Shown here piece by piece: positions 33,696 through 44,917 of a stretch of DNA of 44,917 bases. Both the position numbers and the translations under genes were made by a program. The notes below the pieces were generated by a model that searched no databases, was not told the origin of the DNA, and saw nothing but the letters and a program-made list of their open reading frames with translations. Origin of the DNA: Folioceros fuciformis (Eukaryota); contig JBNGIO010005642.1 in the NCBI GenBank assembly GCA_049999805.1, forward strand, positions 1-44,917, written 5' to 3'. Every line of letters begins with the position of its first letter. Position 1 is the first letter of the stretch.

Positions 33696-34508
33696 TCATT
33701 CGGCTGGCATCGTCCTGATGATGTCAGAATCACCTGCACACGCAGGCGACATGAGTGAGAGTGCGCAGAGCAGGCGCTTCGTAGATTTCCCCAGCTAAGC
33801 AGAGGAAAGGGAAGCCGTGACAGCGGGTATATACCAGGATCTGTGATACTCAGACAGCTCACTCTGTAGTACTTCCCGCAGGCGGTACCCAGGTCGACGT
33901 TGTCTGTAAACGGATGCAAAACAACGAGATTTAGGCCTAAGAAGCTGGCGACGTGCTGGCTGCTGAGCGTTCTCGCAGTCCACTCGGAAGCAAGCCAGAG
34001 GGCACGGAGAAGGGGAAACCTGAAACCCTCAAGAAAAAACCGAAACCCTCAAGAAAAAACTGAAACCCTCAATCCTGAGTACTTACTGCCGCTGTAGTGG
34101 TGCACGCCGGTCTTCGACAACATGGCGTAGTACTCAATCTCTGATTTTCTTAGAGGCGGACAATTGTTGGAGATGATGACAAGCTTCCCTGTGAGCAAAA
34201 AAACGAGATCCCCCAAGTGAGCAAACCAGAACGACCCCCGACTACAGCCCTAATCCACGAAACGCAGAGGCGTCGAGTTCGGATTACCCTTTCCGCTACG
34301 CAGCGACTTCAAGCATGTTTTGTAGCCGAGCGTGAACTTGCCACTCTTCATCACCAGGGCAAGCCTGTTGTTGATGCTCTCCTGAGCCTTCTTCTGTTCC
34401 GGGTTCACAGGTATAATCCAACACACGTTAGCACTCAGCCAAAATCTACAAGCTAAGCACGCAATCGCAGAGCTGCCGAGAACGCACCGTCTTCTTCGTG
34501 GCCACCAT
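33696..34508 (-). CDS. RPL30: 60S ribosomal protein L30 (eL30), 5 exons
   Basis: [32 protein letters not shown]...|[69 protein letters not shown]. Confidence 0.97.
34021..34072. repeat. 20-bp tandem repeat in an RPL30 intron
   Basis: (T/C)GAAACCCTCAAGAAAAAAC x2.5. Confidence 0.8.
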
Positions 34509-35263
34509 TTTGACAAGGCGTGAGAATTCCGGCGCAGAGGTTGGGCGAGCGCGGGACTGACCTGAACGCCTTCCGCGTAGAAAGGCAGAGAGAGTCGCAC
34601 AAAAGCCCTAAATCGCCACAGAGAAATGGAGAGAAGGGATACAGAGAGCGGACATAAGTACTTTAACCAGGAAATTATATTAGGAACTACTATGTGTATG
34701 TAGTCCTAAGGCTAACTGGAATAGTTTGGAATGAACCTCAACGTACAGTACATCAACGTGGACGGGGGCACATTCATTCCACATGGAACTGAAGTTCGTG
34801 AAGGATCTTCTTTTTGTGGAAAACGGAGTCCTGCGTAACGTCCATTGCGGATTCCTGGTACACCATCTCTAGGTTCTGAAGGATTGTCTTTCACGACTGG
34901 ATGGTACCCCAGGGGAGCTCCAGAATTAGGTCAGTGGGGAGCCAAACGCTGCACCAACAGCTCGTCGGAATAACACGACCAGAAAGGGTGCACCGCGTCG
35001 GTCCCTCTCCCGCTGCCTGGTACGAAAACTTTTCGACCGAAACCTTCGTTTTTTTTTTTTTCTTCCTTCAGCACCGTTGTCTCCTGGCTTCAGTGCCTGG
35101 ATCTGCAGCGTTGTGGTCGTTGCCGGGCAATTGATTTGATTCTCAGACCAGACCAGAGGACTTGGCGAAGAACGTGGAAGTGGACATGGATTGGAGATTC
35201 GGGGCTGCCTTTCTGTGAAGTGGTTGATCGGGAACTCGGGACGATATTGTTTGTACCAGGGCC

Positions 35264-38200
35264 ATGGCTTCGTGGTTGCGCGCTGCAGAAGGTGAGCTTG
35301 TGGTTTCAGCAGCTGTGGCTGGCCATGGCTGCATATCGCTGGCAGTGGGTATCGGAGGGGATGGGGGAAGGGTGGTGGTTGTGGATTCGTCTCCGGGGGT
35401 TTGACATCTGAGAGTCCATCGTGGATGTTCTTTGTTGAGGTGCTTGCCGGGAGTTTGAGGGTTTTGATCGTTTGGATCGTCGTCGCACTTGCAGAGCTAT
35501 TTGAGGTTGTTGATCGCACAGCCAAGCAAGTGGTGGCCGATGCAATTACTGTTCCTGGAGGTTGGTGGCTTCCACGCCCTATGTTCCCCGTGGTCGGCTG
35601 AATCGGAATTGGTGGTTTGCATTGTGGGAGGTGCTTTGGAGAGCTGCTGAAGCTTTTTTCAGCATTTTTGGTAGCTTAGCTTAATCGCATCGTTTTGGCA
35701 TTGTAATTGGTGCCAGTTTGAGCTGTATTGCTGAGGTGGCCGCTTTTGTATAAACAGGGGCTGCTGAACCTGTTCCAGCACGGAGGCAGGCGCCAGGCCG
35801 AGAAAGGGTAGGAATGTTTGTCTTTACACAGCTAGAGGGAGACGCGAATGGAAACGGATTGTCCTGTTAATGTTTGTGTTCGTTTACTTGGTGCCGCGAT
35901 CAGATTGGAACACAAACGTCTCATTTTCGTGGGTCCGTTTCGCAAGTACCTGCCAGAGCTGTGCCTGCTGCAAGTGAAGTGACGAAGGACGCTTCTCAAA
36001 CCCAGCTACCGCATGTGATTTCCAGAAGCGGCCTTCAGACAGACGAACAGTCGAGTGTGGCATCCAAGGGCCCGAAATTTGGAGATCAAGGAGCAAGGCC
36101 TGCTCAAAGTGCACAGCCTGGGGATAGGGTAGAGGTTGTTCCTAGCAATGGCTTGTCGGTCACTTCTGTTGAAAAGGAGCTCCTGGCATCGCCAGACTTG
36201 GAGGAAAGACAGACACAAATTGAAAATGAAGAGGCCCCTACAGCTGAGTCTGGAGAGCCCAGTGATTTGATTGAGGTGGTGCCAGCGGATCCAACGTCTC
36301 ATGAGGACCCCACTATTCAAAGGGTCAGCACACCTCCCGGAGATTCGGATCTGTCGAGGGCATCGGACAACGAGGTGTGTGACGTGGCGAAACATGAGGT
36401 CCAGGTGGAGAACACCGCGGGTGCAGTTGAGGGGCCTGTGGACGGTAGCTCTACACCAGAGGGTTTTGGCGATGGCCAAGAGAAATCTGGAAGTGAAAAA
36501 GGACCGAGTTCCGACAGACACCTTCAATCCCATGGGGACCTGAAACAAGATGCTATTCCAAGAGTGGAGGATCAACTTGAGGAAGTGCGTGACTGAATAT
36601 TTTCCTGGTCTGCTGTGTTGGGGCTGTCATGCAGTGCAGTCCTATGTGGACCTGTTTCATCGTTTTCTTTTTACAGGCAAGAGGATTGCTTGCTTCTGGG
36701 GTGTCAACTAGCTCATCAAAGGAAGCACGCTTAGCAAAGGTATCCTGATTTTCCAGCTGGTGTCTGCAAATTCTGTATCTTTTATAGTGTGTGCCTGGTG
36801 AAAAGTGAGCTCTGTATTCCGTCACTCTTGAGAGTCTGAAGTGAAACTGTTCTTGATGTTCCTGAACGTGCTGGTTCGTTTTTTGTAGGTCTGCACTGGT
36901 CTTTCAGCTCGACTCCAGGAGTACAAAGCGGAAAACGCCCAATTGGAGGAGCTATTGCGGACTGAGGTGCTTTTCCCTCATTGCAGTTCTCAGGTCCTTG
37001 GTATCTGTGAGTTGCTTGTTACCGTAGGACAGAGTGCCTGAGAAGGCATGTACAGGTCAGTGGTGACAAGCTGACTTGGAACCATTGCAGCTCAGAGCCA
37101 GATGTATGTTGGCGTTTGGTTAAACAGAGGGAAGCAAAAGGATTGTACGATGCTGCTATCAAACAGCTTCAGCAGGATCTGCTCTCGGCCAATTCTGCAG
37201 CAGCTGGCATAGAGGCAGAGATGGCGGCAGCATTAGCGTCTAAGAATGCGGAGATTGACTCTCTTAGGACCTCATTTGATGCAGTCAAGCGCCAGGCCTC
37301 TTTAGCAGAAGGGAAACTTGCTACCCTGCAGGTATCATGGCGAGTTGTCAGTGTTTCGTATGCTGACGTTCATTTATTGCATACTAGTGATTAATGCAAT
37401 TTTTGGTGAACAGTGTAGTATTTATAGCGCTTCTTGAGATTTTCAGGCACTAGGTAGGACCTTGTCTAGTTCATGGTCGCAACGCAGATGCTCTGTTGTT
37501 ACGTGTATTGGGAACTCCTCCTGAAGCTTTTGTCATACATTTCACACTTCGGGTGCTGTAGGCAAACACTGATGCTGTTTCCAAACATCGCGACATGACA
37601 GAGAGTAGAATGATTCAGGTAAAGCCTCTTTCAGTTTAATTTGGCACAATTTGACACAGGTTTGGTGGATGGTTATTGATATCCATTGCTTTCGTTTCAC
37701 AGGCTCTTCGCGAGGAATTGATTCTAGCTGAACGTCGGGCAGAAGAGGAACATCTTGCCCATAATGCCACACGGAGGGTATCTACCAAAGCACCTTGATC
37801 AGCTTCCCTTGAGACTTCTCCTACAGCAGCCTTCAAGTTGTTGGATTTTTTAATTTGGAGTGGCTTTACCAGGCTGCTGTGGAAAGGGAAACAGAGCTAG
37901 AGCAGCACATGGCAGAGAACACCGTGGCCTTGATGAGGATGCAGGTACCTGAATTTGGTCTTAGGCTGTTCATTGGCTGTGTCTTGGATTCTCTCACGCA
38001 GTAGCTGACCTCTTTCAGGCTCTTCACAAATCGTTGCTGGTCCCTTGGGTTGACAGCCTTGTGTTGATGGACTCGTCTAATTGCCAGAGAACATTGGAAG
38101 AGCGTGGACAAAGAGTCGCTGACCTGGAGCAGCAAAAATCCATGCTTGAAGTGAGGGTTCTCTCTGGACTTTCTAATTTCGCGTATGATTGTTAAGGTTT

Positions 38201-39870
38201 TCAAAGTGGCTATCCTCTCTTTAACTGACCTGTTCATGATTTTTGTTTCTCGTGGTAGGTTGATTGTACCACATTGAATCAAGAACTACAGGAAATGGAA
38301 GCCAGATATCGAAGGGAACAGAAGCGTCCGTCTGAGGATGCTGCTTCAAACATACAAGTACGTTTCGGTTTCAGATATTTTGTGGCATCCATGTCAGTAG
38401 CTGTGGATTTACAGTGAGGTATCCGTGTCACAGGCCTGGAGAGAGGAGGTCGACCGGGCAAGGCAGGCTCAACGGGAAGCCGAGAGCAAACTTGTGGCTA
38501 TGGAGGTATTGGTCCTTCTGTGCAGCAGTTTTCAAGCATGCTTTTTTGGTGGTTGTTGTGTACCTTTCAATGGACCAGTGGCTCGCTAGCTTCAGAGTCT
38601 TGCCACAACATAGGTTACCAGGAGCCTTCGACCTTATGGTTACTTTTGAAACTCGTTCCTGACTACAGAGTTGATGTTTTGTGGATTGTAGGCAGAGACT
38701 CAAAAGCTTCGAGTTGACTTGGCGAGCACAAAGCAAGATATGGAACGCTCATCATCACAGGTGACTGGTGTGGCTACTTTTCTTATGATATGGCCTTGCA
38801 AGAGGAAGAAAGAAAGAGTAAGGAGCTGAAAGACAGGTGTTTCATGTTTCAGGCTAATGCAGAGTTGGAGAAAAGGTTTCGGGAGCTGACGGAACTGCTG
38901 GTCTGGAAATAAACCGTCTATTATGCCCAGCTATCAGGGGACTTCCAGTTTTTCAAGTCTGACAAATCATGGGAGGCAAAGAAGAAACTAATAGTTCTTG
39001 CCAAACACTGCAGTACCTGAAGCAGACTCAGTTGGAGCAAATGGCTACTGAGAAAGCAGCAGCAGTGCTTCAGTTGGAGAAAGAGTCGAGGCGTGTTAGG
39101 GAGGCCAAGGTAGAGCCCTTTGAGATTCTTAATCCTTTTCAGTCTGGCTACCGGTTACGTCTTCTCCCTGGGGCTGCCTTAACTCCTTTCCTGCAGGCGG
39201 AAGTAGAGAGGAGTAAGAGCCTGCGACAAGCTATGTCTTTCGGTGATGACGATGATCATGCCCTCAGGTCATTCGAGTAAGTTTTTTTGTCTGTGTGTCA
39301 GAATCGTGTGAATTTACAGCATGAGCTGATCTTGATCTCTTAATCGTTTGCAGTTTGTTCGGCCTACACCAGAGACGGCTTGGCCCCAGTATACAGGTCA
39401 AACATTTTCCTTGAGTTGGATCTTCTTTGAATTTTTTTAGGGGCTGGTGTTAACTTTCAAACCTTCCCCGATTACCTTGCACTAGACGGCGGCCAAGTTT
39501 ATAGACATCGGAGCCGTTAGCGCTGGACGGTTTCTTTGGAGGCGACCTTTTGCCCGGCTGGCTGTCGTGTTTTATGTGGTAAGAGGCAGCAGAATCTGGA
39601 ATAATTTGGGGCCATGTCGACCGTCTGCCTCTAACTTATGCTTGTTAACTGTTCACAGGTCTTCGTCCATCTCTTCCTCCTGTACTTGCTCCATCGTCTG
39701 CAGGTAAATATAGAGTGACATTCAGGGTCCGTGTGTGCATCATCCTACTCCTGTTTGCGCAACACTCACAAGAGTCCTGTGTCATCTCCTTGCAGGTCAG
39801 AGCAGACCGATCAGTTTCTCTGGGGGAATATGAAGCTGCGTTCTCAGCTGGCATAACCAGACATGGGTGA
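35264..39870 (+). CDS. GC1: Golgin-84-like Golgi coiled-coil protein (golgin candidate 1), multi-exon
   Basis: MASWLRAAE|ELFEVVDRTAK start, then SSKEARLAK|VCTGLSARLQEYKAENAQLEELL, ALREELILAERRAEEE, ELEKRFRELTELL|YLKQTQLEQMATEKAA. C-terminal TM region GRFLWRRPFARLAVVFYV|VFVHLFLLYLLHRLQ. Confidence 0.9.
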
Positions 39871-39998
39871 ACAACCGATTGTAGTAACCACTGCAAGTTT
39901 TCCGCTTGGGAATTGCTCGTACTATGCTTGTAGCACCGGACCAAGTGCGAGAATTAATTCCGGCTGATGGGTTGGCATAGTCGATTGACGCCAGATGG

Positions 39999-41621
39999 CT
40001 AGGCAATTCTGACCAACAATTTGTTCTTTTTGCCTGCTGACAAAAGGAAAAGTCTCCCGTCAACGATGTCCGGGAACTCGAGCACCTTGCCTTCATCCTC
40101 TACCTTTTCGTTGTTTAGATAAAGGCCACCCTGCTTGATGAGGCGACGAGCAGCACCTTTGCTAGGCACCAGACCGGAGTAGGCGCATACATCTACCAGG
40201 GGCTTGCCTAAGACGGAATCCCGTGACAAGGAGCAGAATGGTATGTCTTCCGATATGGCCTCCAGAGCGAGGGAATCCAATCTCGTGGCAGCTCCCGGAG
40301 CCAGGGCGTTTGTGGCCCTGACGGCTTCCTCCAGTCCACCATCTCCGTGCACAAATCGAGTCACCTCCTCTGCGAGTCTTCTCTGTGCCGTGTTTGGAAC
40401 ATAGTCAGGCCTGCCCATGCTCGATTCCAGCGCCCCGATTTCCTCCAAACTCAGGAACGTGAGCATCTTGAGAAACTTGATCACGTCCGAGTCCGGTGTA
40501 GCAAACAGATGCTGGTAGAATTTGTAGGGAGAGAGCAAGGCCGGGGCAAGCCAGACTGCGCCCCCCTCCGATTTCCCAAACTTGGTCCCGTCGCTCTTCA
40601 CCAGCAGAGGATGAGTAAGTCCGAACGCTCCCTCCTGTTGCAAAATCTTCCTGATGAGGTCTGTCCCGGCCGTGATGTTTCCCCACTGATCGCTGCCGCC
40701 GATCTGCACAGCCACTCCCTCCTCCCGGAACAGATGCACAAAGTCAAAGCCTTGAAGAAGCTGATACGAGAACTCGGTGAAGCTCATCCCGTCCTCGGAT
40801 TGCAGCCTCTTCTTCACACTCTCCTTCGCCATCATGGTGCCAACCCTGGCATACTTGCCGACATCCCGCATAAAGTCCAGCATACTGAAGTCCTTCCACC
40901 AGTCGTAATTGTTGAACATCAGAGGAGTGTGCAGCCTGGAGCCTCCCTCTTCCGGCGCAGGTCCATCTAGTCTCAAAATGCGGGCTATCACCTCCTGAAT
41001 GCCCTTGGAGTTCCGGTAAATGGCTTCTTCCGACAGGACGGGCCTCTCAGCACTCTTTCCCGACGGATCTCCCACCCGGCCAGTCGCGCCTCCCAGAACC
41101 GCCACGGGAACGTGGCCGCATCTCTGGAACCACGACAGCACAATGATCCCTAACAAGTTCCCTAGATGCAGGCTCTCCGCTGTCGGATCGAACCCGGCGT
41201 ACACCTTCAGCGGAGCCGTGTGCGGCGTGGAGCAAGCGTCCCTGAGCGCCTCCCCCGTGACAGCCTCGATGAGACCTCGCTGCTCCAGAATGTCAATCAC
41301 ATTCCCCGGCGCAACGGCGGCAGCTGGACCAGTCCCTTGCGCAACCAGCTCCCCGGAGACCGCAGCGGCTGTGCATCCTCTCACCTGATGCCGAAAGCAC
41401 GGACTCCTGGCAACTGGAACCCTGCTGGACAAGGATGTGCCCGAATGAAAGTAGCAATTCGTGCTGGTATGCGCTTCACTCGCACGCTGACGCAAGCGGC
41501 AGGGCAACAAAATGGCCCGATGCTTTGACGCCAGAACGGCAATGAGGTACCTGGATGAGAACAGCGGGGGAGGAAAGCAGCAAAGACGATGGCAGGCCAT
41601 AGGCCAGGCCTTGCTTCCCAT
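39999..41621 (-). CDS. Organellar (chloroplast/mitochondrial) bacterial-type tyrosyl-tRNA synthetase, intronless
   Basis: ~100-aa transit-peptide-like N-terminus, YAGFDPTAESLHLGN (HIGH), QIGGSDQWGNI, KFGKS (KMSKS) and a C-terminal S4-like domain (SKGAARRLIKQGGLYLN). Confidence 0.96.
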   Translation of the reverse strand: MGSKAWPMACHRLCCFPPPLFSSRYLIAVLASKHRAILLPCRLRQRASEAHTSTNCYFHSGTSLSSRVPVARSPCFRHQVRGCTAAAVSGELVAQGTGPAAAVAPGNVIDILEQRGLIEAVTGEALRDACSTPHTAPLKVYAGFDPTAESLHLGNLLGIIVLSWFQRCGHVPVAVLGGATGRVGDPSGKSAERPVLSEEAIYRNSKGIQEVIARILRLDGPAPEEGGSRLHTPLMFNNYDWWKDFSMLDFMRDVGKYARVGTMMAKESVKKRLQSEDGMSFTEFSYQLLQGFDFVHLFREEGVAVQIGGSDQWGNITAGTDLIRKILQQEGAFGLTHPLLVKSDGTKFGKSEGGAVWLAPALLSPYKFYQHLFATPDSDVIKFLKMLTFLSLEEIGALESSMGRPDYVPNTAQRRLAEEVTRFVHGDGGLEEAVRATNALAPGAATRLDSLALEAISEDIPFCSLSRDSVLGKPLVDVCAYSGLVPSKGAARRLIKQGGLYLNNEKVEDEGKVLEFPDIVDGRLFLLSAGKKNKLLVRIA

Positions 41622-41947
41622 GCAGCCTTCCCCGTTCCCACACCATCAATCACACGAAGAAGGAATTCTGTACGCTCCGTCTCCCGCAAAAAGCCTGACA
41701 CCTTCCTCGGATAATTTCGGATGAAGAATGATTGATCACGACGGGAGATTAGGGCTCGGAAGTAGGTACTGTATGGCGGAAATGCAGAGTTTTTCTACTT
41801 CTCATCCATGCAAGTCTGTGTACTTTTCATCCATGCAATTGTGTGGTGCCTATCCACATGGCGACAATGCAGGTGCCTTGCGGTATTTCAGCAAGTGGAT
41901 TGGACCTGGTCCTCTCCAATAGTCTCCCAGGAACCCTCTTCTCTTAT

Positions 41948-42170
41948 TCAACCTTCCTTGCCTTGCCTTTCCTTCCCTGGCCTTGCCTTGTTGGAGCAGG
42001 AAAGTTGGTGTTTCCATGACTGATTTGCCATTGCAAATGTGGTTTTGTTAGTCAACATCAACCTTCCTTGCCTTGCCTTTCCTTCCCTGGCCTTGCCTTG
42101 CTGGAGCAGGAACGTTGGTGTTTCCATGACTGATTTGCCATTGCAAATGTGGTTTTGTTAGTCAACATCA
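41948..42170. repeat. 110-bp near-perfect tandem duplication
   Basis: Unit TCAACCTTCCTTGCC...GTTAGTCAACA at 41948 and 42058, with ~2 mismatches. Confidence 0.92.
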
Positions 42171-42804
42171 TCTTCAATCCTTCCAAGCGGTGGCAGAGGG
42201 TTGCACCATGACAACTTGGTGTATCGGACAAGAACAACACAATTGTAGTAGACAGAACTTGTGTGTAGGGCAAGAACAAGATGGGGCGTAGATAGCATCT
42301 TCCGCAATTGCAATAGACAGGGCTTCCACATCTGGTCCCTACTTTGATATCCTTGATTGTGGTAGACCAACGAGGGAGCTTACTTCTTGGTGATCAAGTG
42401 CTCGGGAAAGCTGGTTCCCTCTGCCTTTGACGTAGATGGATTCGTTCGAATTATCTATATATAATAAAATTATATTCTCACGGGGTTCATGGAGTGGTAA
42501 AGTTGAAAGATGGATGAGATTTTTTTTATCTTTCCTGAATCGTAGAGAAAGGAAGTTACGGTGAATGGCCCGAGAATGGCGGGGAAATTGGGTTGGGTGC
42601 CGCGGGGTCCAAGGGGCGAGCGAGAGACGGAAAGAGGGGAAGAGGGGAAGAAGGGGAAGGAACGGAGAAATCACGATCGAGCCAGGAGAGGCCAGGAAGA
42701 CGGAGAGTGGAGAAACCGGAGCCGAAATAGCCGGGAGAAGGAAGGGGAGACGAGAAATGGCAGGCAACCAAGGTGGGAAATGAATATAAAAATGACGTCA
42801 GGGA

Positions 42805-42835
<31 letters not shown>

Positions 42836-43610
42836 GGTCAGGTCGGTCTGGTTTGGTCCGGTCTGGTCTGGTCTGGTCTGGTTTGCAGGGATGCGCATGT
42901 GCAGGATGATGCCATCTCACAGGTGCGCAGGCTGACCGTGGGATGGAGCATCCGAGCCTCGGGGCCGTCCGATGTGAAAAAACCCAGGCCCCGCCCCGAA
43001 CCTGAGGGAACCGAGCCACCCGGCCCGGTCCGGGTCGGAGCCTCCAGAGAGTCTCGCCGGACCCCCTTTTCTCTCTCTCTCTGGCTGGTGGCCTGGCTCG
43101 GCCTGGGCTCCCCGGCCTGGTCTGCTGTCCCCTGGTGCTACCCGCTCGCCCCAGCCCTCATTCCCTTCTCTTCCCTTCTTCTCTCCCGATGCCTCTCTCT
43201 TTTTCCTCCCCGGGCTTCCTTCCCTCCTTTCTTCTTCCTCCTCTCCTTTCGCAGCCCGCGCTGCGCCATCTCCCGCGGCGGCTGCCTGTCACCGCTCCGC
43301 CAGGCCCCCGCGCGTAGGCTTAGGCGGTAGATCTAGACGAGCGCAGCTGGGCCGTGGTAGGGCGGCGCGGCTGCGGCTCCCTGGGGCTCTATTGGGGTTT
43401 GATCCGCGTGACGTGATCGAGGCTGGGGTTTGGCTTCTTGGGGGAAGGAGGAGCAGGCAAGGCTGGGCGGATCGAGATCTTGCCGGCTTGCGGCAGAAAT
43501 GGGCGTGGAGTGAGTCGATCTGTGGCCTGGGTCCCGGGGTTGAGTGGAGTGCAGCTCGGGAGTCCGCAGCTCGGGGAGAGGCCCTTCTTGCAGGACTGGT
43601 CTGCAGGGGG

Positions 43611-44917
43611 ATGGATTCAGACCAGGGCAAGCTTTTCATCGGTGGTATCTCGTGGGAAACCACGGAAGAGAAGCTCCGGGACTACTTCAAGACGTATGGC
43701 GATGTGGCTGAGACTGTCATCATGAAGGATCGTGCTACCGGAAGAGCTCGCGGCTTCGGATTCGTCATCTTCGCCGACCCAACCGTCGCCGATCGCGTCG
43801 TCACCGAGAAGCACACCATCGACGGCCGTACGGTAGGCTCCCGGGTGCCCCTCGCCTCCCTTGTGTGTGTAGCGGGTCTGGTCCTGTCGTGTCCTGTCTG
43901 GTCCCGGTCCTGTCAGGTCGGGTCGGGTCGGGTCACGTTGCGGTAGAGTCCAGTACCGTTCCGTCGTTCTCTGTCCCGTGCTAGGTCGCGACTGATTATC
44001 CGAGGCGGTGGGAGGAAGGAAGCAAGCAAGCAAGGAAAGAAGGAAGAAAGGTAAGGTAGGGTGAGGTAAGGACGGCCAAGGTCATGGTCGGCTAGATGAG
44101 GTAAGCGACCGGTCTGGTGCGCTGCGCTGCGGTAGGAGCGAGGTGAGGGAGTGCGTCTTGAGTGGAGGTCGTCGGACCATCGGTCGGTCGTCGGAGTTTG
44201 GGCGTCCCATGTTATAACTAGTGTAGCTGTGTCTTAATTTATTTAGGTGGAAGCGAAAAAAGCCGTTCCGAGGGATGAGCAGCAGAATGTGCCTAGGAGC
44301 AACAGCGGTGGCCCTGGTCCAGCGAGTCTTACTAGGACAAAGAAGATTTTCGTGGGTGGCTTAGCTTCAACTGTCACAGAAGAGGATTTCAAAAAGTATT
44401 TCGAGCAGTTTGGAACAATAACCGATGTGGTTGTGATGTATGACCACACGACTCAAAGGCCCCGGGGCTTCGGCTTCATCACCTTCGATTCGGAGGATGC
44501 GGTGGAGAACGTGCTTCAGAAGTCCTTCCACGAGCTCAATGAGAAGATGGTGGAGGTAAAGCGGGCCATCCCCAAAGAGCAGTCTGCTGGGACTGGACGT
44601 AGCAGTGGAGGTTTCGGAGGAGGGGCTAGCGGGCGAGGAGGGAGCTATGGCAGTGGATACGGCCAGGGTTACAGCTCCAGTCCGGGAGGGTACGGTGCTC
44701 GGGCTGACAATAGGTATGGGCCCGCCCCTGGCGCCAGGGGCGGGTACGGGACGTATGGCGGAGGGAGCTACGGCACGGCTGGCTATGGCAGCAGTGCAGC
44801 GTATGGGGCTGGCATGAACGGAGGCTACGGGAGCAGTGCCGGGTATGGGAGTGCCGGGTATGGTAGTGCAGGCTACGGCAGTGGTGGGGGTGGCAGTTAC
44901 GGGAGTGCTCCTGGCGG
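43611..44917 (+). CDS. Two-RRM, Gly-rich hnRNP A/B (Musashi/RNP1-like) RNA-binding protein; exons 43611-43832 and 44247->window end
   Basis: MDSDQGKLFIGGISWETTEEKLRDYF...RARGFGFV...HTIDGRT|VEAKKAVPR...TKKIFVGGLASTV...RPRGFGFITF, followed by GY-rich low-complexity tail. Confidence 0.93.

Noticed and set aside
33905-34083. Intronic snoRNA or telomere-like repeats in RPL30
   Set aside because: No C/D or H/ACA architecture seen. The AAACCCTC units are a local 20-bp repeat, not TTTAGGG arrays.
39999-41621. Bacterial HGT of an intronless TyrRS
   Set aside because: Bacterial-type sequence with a transit peptide is the normal nuclear-encoded organellar TyrRS of plants.

Overview
Eukaryotic nuclear DNA from a compact, ~50% GC land-plant genome with short spliceosomal introns. 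The gene content and architecture suggest a non-seed plant such as a bryophyte/hornwort; this is inference, not established. Bases 1-8850 are three LTR retrotransposons that appear nested: an intact Ty1/Copia (+), inserted into the gag zinc knuckle of a decayed Copia (-), which sits inside a third short-LTR element (-). Next come an initiator tRNA-Met gene, an intronless methionine gamma-lyase CDS and a multi-family tandem-repeat block containing a 400-N gap. A dense run of housekeeping genes follows: a TLDc/OXR protein (-), a full-length multi-exon PAN2 deadenylase (-), a Raf-like STY13/Raf22-type kinase (-), RPL30 (-), golgin-84/GC1 (+), organellar tyrosyl-tRNA synthetase (-) and a two-RRM Gly-rich hnRNP A/B-like protein (+, cut by the window edge). 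The most notable item is the catalytically intact PAN2 in a land plant, since the PAN2-PAN3 deadenylase is generally described as absent from flowering plants. Exon boundaries were read by eye and may be off by a few bases.
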